64,000 nucleotides of DNA from the NCBI GenBank assembly GCA_951406725.2, contig OX597816.1, forward strand, positions 165,602,001 through 165,666,000, given 5' to 3'. Origin of the DNA: Octopus vulgaris (taxonomy: Eukaryota). This document shows positions 1 through 13,040 of the stretch, piece after piece. The notes beneath the pieces were generated by a model that did no database searches, had not been told where the DNA came from, and worked only from the letters and a program-made list of their open reading frames with translations. Numbering within the stretch: position 1 is the stretch's first letter; each line of letters starts with the position of its first letter. The position numbers and the translations under genes were made by a program.

Positions 1-198
1 GTTGCGGGGACATAAACACACCAACACCGGTTCACAAGCTGTGATGATGGATAGACAAACACACTCACACATTATACATATATAATTGAGATTCGGTTGA
101 ATTAGGTACTTAAGTTGAAGCACCGAGTCAGTCCGGTATTATCCGCACAGATCGAAGGTGAAAAAAATCAAAATAAGCAACAGGATATCAAGTAGTGT

Positions 199-284
199 TG
201 CAGTATGACCGTTTCAAGCGACTCCATTTAATTGAAAAATGCAATCATTACATCAATTTAAATACAGTGCCATCATCAGCTGCA
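199..284 (-). ncRNA. Degenerate type I hammerhead ribozyme motif with long helix II (Penelope-like remnant)
   Basis: Minus strand: UGCAG-CUGAUGA-[~57-nt extended hairpin]-GAAAC-GGUC-AUA-CUGCA. Stem I is 5 bp perfect; C15.2/A16.2 is mismatched. Confidence 0.55.
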
Positions 285-317
285 CAAATAAATAAATAGA
301 ATTTTAACCAGTTGGAC

Positions 318-530
318 CATCATCATCTTTTAACGTCCGTTTCCCATGCTGTCATGGTTTGGGCAGTTTGACCAGAACTAGCAAGTTGGGGAGCTGCATC
401 AAGTTCTTGTTTGATTTGGGATGGTTTCTGCGACAGGATGCCCTTCCTAACACCAACCACTTTACAGTGTACTGTGTGCTTTTAACGTGGCACCACACGA
501 GCACTTTTACATGGCAGCGGTACAGGATTC
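318..530 (-). mobile_element. RTE-LINE 3'-end-derived short repeat (family C)
   Basis: (CAT)n tail, TTTAACGTCCGTTTCCCATGCTG and GGATGCCCTTCCTAACACCAACCAC core. The same module adjoins the RTE ORF end at 42385-42740 and 59500-59830. Confidence 0.8.
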
Positions 531-1071
531 TTGCAGACCCCATTGTTTGATAACCGGTACTGGTTTATATCGCCGAAACTTAGCGGTTCGGCATAAAAAG
601 GATAGAATAAGTATCAGGCTTTAAAAAAATAATACTGTGGTTCGATTCGTTGAACTAAAACCCTTCAAGGTGGTGTCCCAGCATGGCCGCAGTCCAATGA
701 CTGAAACAAGTACATGATAAATGATTAACAACTGCATTACTTAACGTTTTACAATAACGTACGTAATGGACGTCGTGGAATTTGAGGCGCAGCTCATGAA
801 TGAAGACGTAAGTCACTCATGCATGTGTGTTATGTGTAGCATGTATGTATGCGAGTGAATGTGTTTCGCCGTATATCGGTGAAGGTTGTAAACATAAACG
901 GGCAAACAGTATATTCAAACGAAGTGCAACGAGTTACAAAACACTCCCTTGAAATTTTCCTTATGAGAAATGCAGTGAGCCAGTGACTGAATTGGTGGAA
1001 ACCTTTACCAAATCACGCTATTGGTTCTGACATAATTATGATATAAAATACAATAAATTCCTCGGCAACCA

Positions 1072-1112
<41 letters not shown>

Positions 1113-3249
1113 CATGCATATATATATATATACATATACACGGCTGTCCCACTGAAGAAAACTGGCCTTCAGCAAATACTTTTTTGCTGGAAATAGTTAG
1201 AAACCGTCGGTCTGGGAAATAGTTGAGATGGTAAACATTTTTAATTTGCATTCCTTTCGTGAATTTATCCTTTTTTTTTTTTGTGTGGTCTTGAGATTTC
1301 TACTGCTCTTTCTAGCACAACGCTTTCCTATTTGGAAGCCTCTTATTGTATACATACATATACAATTAATCAAAGGACATACTAAGTATGTCTACCTGCT
1401 TGAAACAACAGTCAAAACTCCTACTGAATCGCCAAGACAGGCTTCTTTCAGTTTCCGTTTACCAAATCTACTAACATGCAGTGGGACTGAACCTGGAACC
1501 ATGTGGTTGGTGAGAAAGCTACTTACCACACAGCCACTCCTGCGCCTATGTACAAATTATAAAGATAATTAAAATTTATATACAGTACAGTACTGTTTGT
1601 ACTTAGCGGATTTTCACCTACCGCGGGAGGGGATGTAACACCCGCAATAGTCGAAGGATTGCTGTACATGTAGGATAGATTTGTTTAACCCCTGATCGAA
1701 CGAACCTATTATCAAAGGCATTCTAACCATAATTAACGCAATCTTTCTAATGAGACGGTAGGTTATGCGATTCCAAGCAGACGTGACTGCAATATTTAGT
1801 ACATGCTCTTTAGGTGGTTCATGTTCTTGTTCGTAAATTAACCAGTACACGCTCACAAACACGAGCTATGTGATACTTCAGTGGGCGGCATACTACTTTA
1901 GCGTTCCAGATGTATTTAAGCTATTTTTTTTCTTTTCTGCGACACAGCAGAAACTGTTTCCTAAACCAACAACCCTGTCATTCTCAATGAATACGACACG
2001 AAACCGATTTAAGATGCTTCTCCAGAATAAAGGATCGACAAAAATGTTCGCACTACAGCTTTCTAACAATAATTACATCATACGGTCGGGTAAATTCCAG
2101 ACACTTATATGATGTCCAAGCAATTTCGTGCTCAATATACGGCTGCGTGAAATACAAGTGAACAGGTTTCTACTTAACACAAATAACGAATTAGACAAAC
2201 GAACAACGGCTAAATACATCTAATCTATAAATAAACGTTGCCACACCACTTTTCACAAGATTTCAATCATAAAACAGTTAAATATAAGAAGATAACGGCA
2301 CATTTTAGGATTAACTTTTGTAAATCCAGTTCGTAGTAGGGTAAACAGTACAAACAGGCATTGGTTCGTTATATAAAACTCATAAACCACCTTTTCGTAT
2401 CTACAAAGGCAGCGTGTTGGCAGTACGTCGGGAAAAGTACATAGCGGCATTCTGCTTGTACTTTAGGCTCTGAGTTCAAATCTCGCCTAAGCCAACTTTG
2501 CCTTTTATCGCTTCGGGGTCGATAAAACAAAGTACTAGTCAAGGAGAGGGGGGTCGATGCAATCGACTTATCCACTCCTCTCAAAATTGCTGGCTTTGAA
2601 CCCTGCCAGGGACCGGATTGTCGTTAAGGGTAGAGGTTCCCAACCCTTTTATTTAAATGAGTTTTCCCACGGACACCTTTTACGTCCTCGTAAACTCAGC
2701 AGTTCGACATAAGAAAAATCGATAGAATAAGTACTAGATTTCAGCAATATGGTTGATTTATTCGACTAAAGGCTGCAGTCAAATGAATGAAACAAGTGTA
2801 AAAGAAGAAAAAACTGACAAGGAAAAATCTCAAAACACATGGCCAGATGATGGTAAAAGAGAAAATTCCAGAGTGTTGTGTCTTCTGGTGGAGAACAAAG
2901 AAAAGACGTGAGAATCATAATGTAAACCGCCGTACCAAAAACCACTAATTGGCTACTTGGCAATTTCGAGTGGAGTGATAATGATGGAAAAATATTTCAA
3001 TATCAACATTATAATAGGGACTCGCTCCTAAGCAAGAACACAACATTGAGAATGACAAAGTATCCAACCAACAAATTTAAAATGAAATAACATACTCCAA
3101 AACTAAGGAAACCGCAACTACAATGGCAGATTTTAATGTTTTTACTTTTTTTATTATTATATATACTTGTTTCAGTCACTGGGCTTTGACCATACTGGGG
3201 CACCGCTTTGAAGAATTTTAGTCGAATGAATCGACCTCAGGACTTATTT

Positions 3250-3560
3250 ACAATGAACAGATAGGTGTTCTCATCTTTGTTGCTATCACAACGTCTCGGC
3301 AGATGTATTCCCCAGACTTCAAGTGTTCTGGTAGAATTTCAAACCCAACCTTTTATTTGACTAATGGGGTAAACTTGTTCTCCTTCCTACGGTATGTTAT
3401 TTTTCTGCTGATATTATTTTTGAAGTCCCTGCCTGGGATTGAACTGAGAATCTGAGGATTAGTAGCCCGCGCTATATGCCCATGGGCGATTATAGAGTGA
3501 ATTTTAGAGCTTATAAACCTATTTTATCTTTTCTTAATACTGGTTCCCATATTACATTCA
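3250..3560 (-). mobile_element. Penelope-like remnant with tRNA-like segment and decayed hammerhead
   Basis: 3285-3322 resembles the hammerhead-bearing segment at 31610-31655 in reverse. B-box-like GGGATTGAACT at ~3435. Confidence 0.4.
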
Positions 3561-4059
3561 TATCTGCACTAAGTCTGCTTCGGAGGTTATTGTGTCCTAG
3601 CGAATGTGTAACCCCTTTCAATTTTCGTATTTTCCAGTGGTGCTCTCTGTCGATTATTTTAACTTCATCCCACAGCGGGACGGTACTTATTAGGCCTAAT
3701 GCTTATTCTATCGTTCTCTTTTGTCGAACGGGGACGTGAAGAAACTAACACTGCGGGCTTCCTCGCAGATTCCGTCTATCAACTTCATTCCTAAAGCATT
3801 TGTAGGATCGTGGCTATAGAAGATACGTACCCAAGGTTCCACACACTGAACCAGAAGCCAAGTGACTGAGAAGAGAGTTTAGCCATACAGCAGCTACGGT
3901 GGCGCCTATAATGTGAAATGTGTAGAACAATAGAATACGTCCATATATAAATTTGGTAAAAGATATCAAAGAGATAATCAACGGCTTCATTTCTATGAAA
4001 GAAATGATTTTGTAGGCACTAAAACTATTCTAGCAACCAACGAGAAATTAATACAAGTG

Positions 4060-4290
4060 GAAGAGCCCGGGTGATACATGTGTAGTGGGACAGGAAAACT
4101 TTTTTTCATGGCAACTTCAACCAATCAGAGCTGGGAGCGTAGGAATACCAAAGAGCAATTGTCCGTCCTCTTGGTTGGCGTGCGGTTTTCCGTTAATCAG
4201 CGGATGGATTCGACACGGACCACATCGTTTCTCTAAGATGGAACCTGCCTTTTTGTATTTCCTTAAAACCTTAGCGCCGCAAGCTTCTCA
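4060..4290. promoter_or_regulatory. Candidate promoter-like CpG-rich segment
   Basis: RFX half-site CATGGCAAC (4107-4115) next to CCAATCAG (4121-4128) in unique, CpG-retaining sequence. Confidence 0.3.
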
Positions 4291-4758
4291 ACTTATTTGT
4301 TCAATATTAAGTTTTATCGCTTTCCTCTAACTCCAACATAGACACCCGCTTCGTTCATCACTTGTCTTGTTTCTGACATTCATAACACTTATTTCAAAAT
4401 TAGTGACCACTCACACTAAATTGGTGACTTCCCACAATGCTTAGATACCACATTAGTAACACGCTAAGCATGTAACCCCTGGACATTAATGGCTCGAGTG
4501 CAGAAACTCGTGAGACTGGTTACCTGGTTTCCATGGCGAATAAGTGACCGATGCCACAACATTCCTCACTTAGCGGGACGCCAGTTCGTCGCTGAGAGGA
4601 GTAACGTAAAAAAGTGTTTTCTTCAAAGCAAGCACACTGCTCCTTTTCAGAATCGAAACCACATATTGCGATCATGTGCACAACACGCGCCTTAACCCAA
4701 GTGATACAGCAAGAAATTCAATAGGCTTTATACTGATAAACCAACAGGTTTATCAGTA

Positions 4759-5203
4759 TTTAGTTTAGCAGGAAAGTACTACAGAGCAGACATCGAGCGG
4801 CAGAGTACCAGCAGACAAATGAATGTGAAAATATGAAAGAAGTTAGCATATTTTGTGAAACACATTGGTTGGAAAACTTAATCAGCATAAATGCTGAGCA
4901 ATGTGAGATAAATAAAATGAGATCACAGACATACGTGAGTAAACAAAATATTGAGATTAAAGACGAAAAAGAAACGTACGGCTTCATCATGCCTAGATTG
5001 CATCCAGATGGGTTGAATATATAAAAGGCTGTACGACGATGAGAACAGACCTCTTATTCAGAGATGCTAGAGGAAACAAGATCTCTATATGCGTGTGTGT
5101 CAACTGCAGTGAAAACGGCCTTTTACAGGTCGAATATGTCACTAACATATTTGAACTTATCTAAATGTTTAATATACAAAACTGCTTTTACCATCCAACT
5201 ACA
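4759..5203 (+). mobile_element. Possible solo LTR
   Basis: Termini TTTAGTT...AACTACA (6/7 inverted match to TGTAGTT), internal TATATAAAAG at ~5018 and AATATA near the 3' end. No TSD found. Confidence 0.3.
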
Positions 5204-6009
5204 CACACAAGTGTGCATACATACATTGTACACAGACATTATATATATAAGTTGGTGTTTTACAGAGTTGGTAGTTTACAGAAAATAAAGAAAATCTCAA
5301 ACACAGGAGAGCTGTGAAACCAGCTTAGAAGACGGGTAAAAGTGGCCAGCAAGTCGCTACTGAGAATCGAACTCTGTGCCTCTAAAATTCTGGCTGAGCG
5401 CTCTAATAAAAGGTTAGCCAGAAGAAATTGTTCTATAGTTTATTATATACAAGTAGAGAAAGTCTTCAAATTTCCAAGGAAATGGAGTGGAATGATAAGA
5501 TGTGAAACGAAATAGAATAAGCTATTTACATTATAACATTTAAGAATTTGTCAAGCATTTAGTTCTTGAGAATGCTTGTAACTTTACTCAAGAAGCACAC
5601 GCGTTCTCAAGGGCTCGACGGAAATTTTCATACACACACACACACATTTACGTGGATATATAATATTAAGTAGATAAATATTTGCCAAGCCAGTGGTGAA
5701 GGCGCATCAAACTGGCAACACTTGTTTGACTTACAGGTTAAGTCAGAAGTTGGTGTTGACAAAACTTAGACTGATAACGGACAGTCAAGAAATGACAGCA
5801 ACGATAATGGAAAGAAAGAAAAACGATTCACAGTGCAGTCATAGCTGCGTGGTTAAGGAGTTTGCTTCTATATCATGTTTTTTGATCCAGTGCACGGCAC
5901 CTTGGACAAGTGTCGCCTTCTCTCCGCCCAAAGCACCGCGTTGTCCTTATGAGTGGAATTCTTCCCACCACCTTTCTTTCACAAGTGTCGGAACTCAAGA
6001 ATTTCTATA

Positions 6010-6413
6010 TTTCTTTACTACCCACAAGGGGCTAAACACAGAGAGAATTAAACGGATTAAGTCGATTATATCGACCCCAGTGCGTAACTGGTACTTATTT
6101 TATCGACCCCGAAAGGATGAAAGGCAAAGTCGACCTCGGCGGAATTTGAACTCAGAACGTAGCGGCAAACAAAATACCTATTTCTTTACTACCCACAAGG
6201 GGCTAAACACAGAGGGGACAAACAAGAACAGACACATGGATTAAGTCGATTACATCGACCCCAGTACGTAACTGGTACTTATTTTATCGACCCCGAAAGG
6301 ATGAAAGGCAAAGTCGACCTCGGCGGAATTTGAACTCGGAACGTAGCGGCAAACAAAATACCGCTAAGTATTTCGACCGGCGTGCTAACGATTCTGCCAG
6401 CTCACCGCCTTAT
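6010..6413 (-). mobile_element. Tandem dimer of tRNA-derived Nin-domain-like SINE (family B)
   Basis: Two head-to-tail units carrying the GTCGACTTTGCCTTTCATCCTTTCGGGGTCG core (minus strand). One 11-bp TSD GAATTTCTATA (5999-6009, 6414-6424) flanks both. Confidence 0.9.
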
Positions 6414-7836
6414 GAATTTCTATACCAAACACAGAACATTCATGATTTTCTTGAGAATAATACGAAAATAACTTCCTGTTGCTGCCTTATACCAGTCTAT
6501 TCACATTCAAGCCATCTGCTCTCTTGGGTTTACTCTAAAGGCACAGGGCCTACGTGACATGTTAAGGGGCCAGTCTCCTTCTGTGTGTACAGGACCATTT
6601 TCTGCTAGATGACCCACAACTGGGACTCCTTAACAGACAACTACCTTGCCCAGAACGGACCCGGGAGTACTAGTAACCAAAGTCTAACTTCAGTCTATCC
6701 TAAACTCCTGGAGTCTCACAACTAGATGTTAGTTGATGGTTTATTCGGTGAAATTTACTAGACAAGAACAACGCGGGAACCCGTGCTCTGCACATAGCAG
6801 CTAAATATATCTAAAACCACACTGTACTGTCACATTAAGGGAATGAAACATTGGATAATGTAGTCGGAGATACTGTATGGGTAGGGAGTTGGGATAGACA
6901 CAATTGGAAAGCCCTCAATCTGGGCATGACGATGCCGTACGTTTCTGTTTTCGTAATTTTGAAATTACTGGTGTCTGCGTCACCAGTAATTTCAAAAGTA
7001 GCGAGTCAAACGAGGGAATCTTTCGGGGTCGGTCGATCTGCAAGAAATAGCAACCAAATCGCCATTAAATCAAGCTTTGTAGCCTTTCAAAAGGAAAGGT
7101 GGATTGGATATTGTAAACCTAGGTACACTATGTCTAGAAAAAGATATGATGGCTACGACTGGAATGTCTCATCTCAAATACGCTTGATCAGCACAGCAAC
7201 AAAAAAGAACCAAATCTCTCTTTAAAAAAGTCCTGCTCTCTTTTAAAAGTGTGCGTTGGATAATGTAACCTACTCTTTTACTAGTTTCAGTAATAGTACA
7301 GTAAAAAGCCTCAACGCTAGACATAGTAGCTAAATTCCATTAAGCCACATAAAAAAAATCTTGAAAAACAAAACACAAAGGGCACATAATGTAGTCTTAG
7401 ATAGACATATGATCAAATATATCCCACCCTTGTTTTTTATACGTGCATTTAATCAGGGATTACCAGGAAATTAATCAATAATCATGAAATATAGTAGAGA
7501 TCTCTGGAAAAACAACAAAATAGGACGTTAGATGCACCAAGCCAACTGACGTTTATATGCAAGTATGTGAATAAACGTGTTTGGGTGAGAGAGGAGGGTG
7601 AAAGCAAGGAGATTGAAGTGAAATTGTTTGCATTTATTGCGAAAGGACAATGAAAAAAAGGAAGTCTTCACCAAGAAGAGAATTTGTTTCAGTTGGAGTG
7701 AAAAGGTTTTGTTGTACTTTCATGACCCAAGTACAAAAAAAAAAAACTACTTTGAAGTAAGACAAGTCATCTAACTTTAACCGCGGTTGCTTCAAAGAGC
7801 AACAAAATTGTCCTCATTGTACAATAACCAATTGTG

Positions 7837-7881
<45 letters not shown>

Positions 7882-8084
7882 AACTGGATAATGCAGTCTT
7901 CTATACACAGTTTTTTTTCTTTTTTTTTTTCTTGAGAGGTGGGAGACGATACAGTCACATTCTGAATGTATTTAGTCATAGGTCTTCATGATGAGGCTTA
8001 ATAAGATTAAAATATGTACAGAGGTGTCTCCCCTTCCTTGCTGAAATTACTTGTACATAGGGGAAACGCCTTGAATCTACCTCA

Positions 8085-8397
8085 GCACGTTTTAAATCTA
8101 GTACTTATTCTATTAGTCTCTTTTGCCGAACCACTAAGTTACAGGAACGTAAACACACCAACACCGCCTGTCAAGTGTTGCAATAGGGACAAACAAACCC
8201 GAAGACAGACAAACACACACACATACACACACGACAGGCTTTTTTCAGTTTTCGTCTACCAACTCCGCTCATAAGGCATTGGTTGACCCGAGGTTATAGC
8301 AGAAAACAGTTGCCGAAGGTGCCACGCAGCGAGACTGAACGCAGAACTATGGGGTTGGGAAGCAAACTCTTACCACACCGCCAGGACTGCGCCTTAT
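8085..8397 (-). mobile_element. tRNA-derived SINE family A
   Basis: Homologous to the intact copy at 18843-19248. Confidence 0.8.
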
Positions 8398-8425
8398 ACT
8401 TGTATGAATAGTAGCTTAATACTTC

Positions 8426-8706
8426 GGTACTATTTAAGAACAGTGGTCCCGGTGCACGCACTCGCGTACTCGCGCCTCCGCGCTAGCTAGTCGATTCTAC
8501 AACGACTACCTAGCAAAGTAAATAAAACAAAATAATTTTTTTTACACAAAGTAAATAATTTTTGTCAAAGTAAATAAAACACAAAAACACAAAGTAAATA
8601 AGTTTTTTAAACAAAGTAAATAAAACACAAAAACAAAGTAAGGATCGACTAGTTACGACTAGCTAGCGCGAGTGTGCGCACCGGACCACTGTTCTTAAGT
8701 AGTACC
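8426..8706. mobile_element. Merlin-like MITE
   Basis: TIRs GGTACTA(T/C)TTAAGAACAGTGGTCC..., 8-bp TSD AATACTTC/AACACTTC. The GGTAC terminus and 8-bp TSD fit Merlin/IS1016. Internal CAAAGTAAATAA repeats. Confidence 0.8.
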
Positions 8707-9104
8707 AACACTTCAATGTCACTAAACCAATTGCTTGTAAGATAAGGATTTAACTAGAAACTCGTTTATATACAGGCTATTGCCGAACGGAGCACGAAAC
8801 GGAATTCATCATCGAAGCTCTACACAAACACACAATGAGAAGAATGGTCAGCGTCGCATATAAGAATTATGGTTAGCGAAGTATTCCAGGTTTTAAATTA
8901 TTAGGTAAGTTTAAAAGAGAAAAAGACTTTTTTTTTTATTTCCTTTTATTCAATTCAAAGATTTGCTGCTAAATATTGGTTGTGAGATTAAGAAATTCGC
9001 ATTGTAGCCACGTGAAACCTTGAGCAAGTGCATTCTACTATAGCCCTAGGCCGATCAAAGCCTTGTAAGTGGATTTGGCAGATGGAAACAAAAAGAAAAC
9101 CATC

Positions 9105-9135
<31 letters not shown>

Positions 9136-9259
9136 TTTTTACTTGTTTATATATATATACATACATACATACACACACATACCAGAGTAAGCACATAAAT
9201 GTGAAACAAGGTGGGAAAAATATCTTGTTTCCACCTGGTATTCGAGTGTATGTATGTAC

Positions 9260-9294
<35 letters not shown>

Positions 9295-9596
9295 CATACA
9301 CACACGCCGGTTCGGAGAAGAAAAAAAAGCAGCCAGTACCGGCAAAAAGTACTTAGTTCGATTTGTCCGACCAAAAACCTTTCAAAGTGGTGCCCCAACA
9401 TGGCCGCAGCCCAATGACTGAAACAACTAAAGGAAGTGAATAACATGTGATACACAACCGATTCTTAATCCTACATAATCGATTCCTAATCCTTCCATCA
9501 CGAAGCAAATATTGATCTCCGGATGCTAATTCGAAATCTGTCAAGCAGAAGCCGTTTCGACAGTTTCAAAGAAGTCAATATCTTATAACTTAGACA

Positions 9597-10050
9597 TGTT
9601 TCAGCCATTTGACTGCGGCCATACTGGATCACCGCCTTGAAGGGTGTTAGTCGAAGAAATCAACCCCGGGACTTATTCTTTGTAAGCCCAGTACTTATTC
9701 TATCGGTCTTTTTTATCGAGTCGCTAAGTTCCGGGGACATAAACACACCAGCTTCGGTTGTCAAGCGATGGTGGGGAGATAGACATAGACACACAAACAT
9801 ATACAGATATATATATACGACAGGCTTCTTTCAGTTTCCGTCAATCAAATCCACTCACAAGGCTTTGGTTGGTCTGAGGCTATATCAGAAAACACTTGAC
9901 TAAAGTGCCATGTAGTGGGACTGAACCCTCATAAGGCTTTGGTCGGGCCGAGGCTATAGTAGAAGACACTTGCCCAAGGTGCCACGCAGTGGGACTGAAA
10001 CTGGAACCATGTGGTTGGTAAGCAAGCTACTTACCACACAGCCACTCCTG
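9597..10050 (-). mobile_element. SINE family A with internal partial duplication
   Basis: Matches 18843-19248 in reverse; the segment AAGGCTTTGGT...GGGACTGAA occurs twice. Confidence 0.85.
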
Positions 10051-10304
10051 TATACGTATTTGTAAGCGTGTGTCTTTACATCGCCTGATACTTGCAGACG
10101 GATATCACCGTCATACAAGTAGAGTTATTCATCTTAAATTTCCCGTGAAAAACATGTCCAGCCATGAGGAAAAACCATGCCTAGATGGGAAACAGATGAG
10201 GCTGGAGATGAGAAAGACATCCATCCGTAGGAAATCCGTCTCAACATCTTTTCATCTAACTCATGCAAGCATGGAAAAGTAGACGCTAAAATTATTATAT
10301 AGAG

Positions 10305-11660
10305 ATATCATCATCATCATTTAACATCCGCCTTCCTTGCTGTCATGGGTTGAACAGTTTGACAAGAGCTGACCAAGCAGAAAACTGCACCAGATTACCG
10401 TGTATGTTTTGGTACAGTTTTTACGGCTCATGCCCTTCCTAACACCAACTACTCAGCAGAGTGGATTGAATGCTTTTTATGTGGCACCAACACAGACGGA
10501 GTCAGTTTTGGCAAGGTTTTTACAGCTGGATGCCCTTCCAAACGCCAACCACTTTACAGTGTGGACTGGATACTTTTTACATGGTACAAGCACCGGTAGC
10601 GTCACCAAGTAACTTGCGAGACAAACATCTTTTGAGAGTGGAGGGGACATTGGAGGGGGTGATCTTGTGTCAGATGATGAAAGGTTAGAGTGTAACAGAG
10701 AAACAGAAACAAGTGTCTTGCTGTAGAGGAGGTACAAGGTTACTCGACCAGAGAGAGAGAGAGTGATCAGAAATGAGGAAAGAAACAGGCGTGCTGTTGT
10801 AAAGGAGATACGTGGTTACCCAACCAGAGGGAAGAGCAAGGGGAAAGACAGTGGGAGACAGAAAGAGTGCAAGAGAGAGCAGGAGAGAGATGGTGGTGAA
10901 GTGCCGGTGCATACTCACAAGGGTCAGGCATCAGAATATAAATGGGATGGTAGAGTAAAATGAGAAATAGATGGTGGAAAGTTCCAGAGCATACTCTTGA
11001 GGTACGTAAGTCATAATACAAGAGGCAGTGCATTGCCAAAGAAGCGCGAGTAGAGAGTGGGGGTGAGGGATGCAGCGACTGGTGAAAACCTGGGTATATA
11101 GAGGGGGTGAGGGACTACTGAATAGCAATGATATAGTGAGCAGGGCATTAAAAGCAGGATTGGGGAGTGAGAGATAAGTATAATGCATGAAAGAGGAAAT
11201 GCGAGGAAGAGATGTAGTTTGGTTTGTTGGAGTAGGGTTTGAGAAAAGTTTTATTGCTACATGTGGGTGGAACACACAGCGCCTCTAGAACTCAGTTTCG
11301 CCGACGAGGCAGATCTTTGCAAGAAACCCACATCACCAGACATCTAAGTCCTTTGTCATTTCCTCCGTGAGGCCCAAAACCCTGAGATCGGTCCTCACCT
11401 CTTCATCCCATGTCTTCCTGGCTCTCCCTCTTCCGCCGCGGGTACCATACACTTTCAATGATCGGCACATTATACAGCTGCCTTCATTCATACGCATCAC
11501 ATGTCCAAACCAACGTAGTTTTCTCTCTTGCATGCTGCATTTGATTCCTCTTATGCCCAACTTTTCTCTCAACACGTTTGCACTTTGTCATACATGCACA
11601 CTGATGCTGCACATCCAACAGACCATACTGCCTTCATTTCTCTCTACACATGTATTCTAC
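10305..11660 (-). mobile_element. 5'-truncated RTE-clade LINE (ORF C-terminus, 3' region and GAT tail)
   Basis: ORF 11333-11575 reads KLRWFGHVMRM...GRGRARKTWDEEVRTDLRVLGL, typical of the RTE C-terminal region. The family C tail lies at 10305-10620. Confidence 0.75.
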
Positions 11661-12115
11661 ATTCACAGCACATGTCTCACTACTATGGAGTATAGCCGCT
11701 TGTTTTAGTCATTTTACTGCAGCCATACTGGAGCACCGCCTTGAAAGTCTGTTTTAGTCGAACGTGGAAATACCTGGGTTGGTGTCCAGGCGCAAGGTTG
11801 GCCTACTAAGAGGGAGAGGTCCTTCTGTTGATGTCACGACATCTCTCTGGGAGAGGGGAAACTCCGAGAGAAAATCCGCGACACTGACGCAGGATTTTGA
11901 CTAGTTCTTTTCGAGTTTATGTTGACCATGTTCAGAGAGTGGAATTGGATTTGTGCAAATCCTTTCCCCACGATAAAAAAAAAAATCATCATGCTGAGGC
12001 ATCGCGTGAAAAAAAAAAAAAAAAAAACTAAGACCTATCACAAAAATGGTTGGTCGTAGCCTTCGCCTGTGTGGGGCTTTCGATCGGGCGATGGAAGTAA
12101 TCGAACAGTAATCAA

Positions 12116-12345
12116 GGCGGCGAGCTGGCAGAATCGTTAGCATGCCAGACGAAATGCTTAGCAGTATTTCGTCTGCCGCTACGTTCTGAGTTCAAATTCC
12201 GCCGAGGTTGACTTTGCCTTTCATCCTTTCGGGGTCGATTAAATAAATACCAGTTACGCACTGGGGTTGATATAATCGACTTAATCCGTTTGTCTGTCCT
12301 TGTTTGTCCTCTCTGTGTTTAGCCCCTTGTGGGTAGCAAAGAAAC
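12116..12345 (+). mobile_element. SINE family B (Nin-domain-like), near full length
   Basis: GGCGGCGAGCTGGCAGAATCGTTAGC head, GAGTTCAAATTCC B-box, Nin-like core. Confidence 0.9.
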
Positions 12346-12689
12346 AAGTAACCGAACAGGAGTTTGCGTGCGGGCGGTTTGTAGGTGTATGTATACAAAC
12401 ACAGAGAAACACACAAGTATTATGCCATCATTATAATGAAAAGCAAAGACAATGAAAATCTCTCTAAGTTAGTTTTAGCTTGCGATAGAAAGAAAATATT
12501 AGAAATAAAATACAATAAAAAAAAAAACTGCTTGAAAAGAGATAGGAAGAATAAAAAAGCAAGATTAGAATTCTTAGAACACTTCCGTAATGTTGGACAG
12601 TACAATTAATTTACCCAGGTCGTTCATCCTAGTTCCAATATAGGAAAACGGCAAAACAAAAACAAAAAAAATAGGTCATACTAATTGAA

Positions 12690-13040
12690 ACTGGTTGTTT
12701 TGGGTTACTGACATGCGATGAGTATGTGTAGGAGAGGAGGAGAGACATGACATTATGTGTGTGTCAGACAGAGCAGTGTGAGTGTGTGTGTGTGTGATAG
12801 ACAGAGAGAGAGAGAGAGTAGTGTATGAGAGAAATGAGCTGAGGGGGAGAGAGATAGGGAAAGAGAGAGAAAGAGCAGTGTGAGTGTAAGAGAGACAAAG
12901 TAGAGGTGAGAGAGAGACAGACAGACAGACAGACAGCTGCGCATGTGTGTGCATGAGAGAAAAACATTGAACGGTGTGTGTGTGTCTGCGTGAGATAGAG
13001 CAGACAGAGACAGAGAAAGATAGTGTGTATGTGGGTAACA
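12690..13040. repeat. Compound degenerate (GA)n/(GT)n/(GACA)n microsatellite
   Basis: Direct inspection. Confidence 0.85.

Noticed and set aside
5340-5420. tRNA-like sequence (also the heads of SINE families A, B and D)
   Set aside because: A/B-box remnants only, with no complete cloverleaf; these are SINE heads, not tRNA genes.
5693-6244. 183-aa ORF
   Set aside because: Runs through SINE sequence; the same peptide (RPRKDERQSRPR) recurs at every family B copy.
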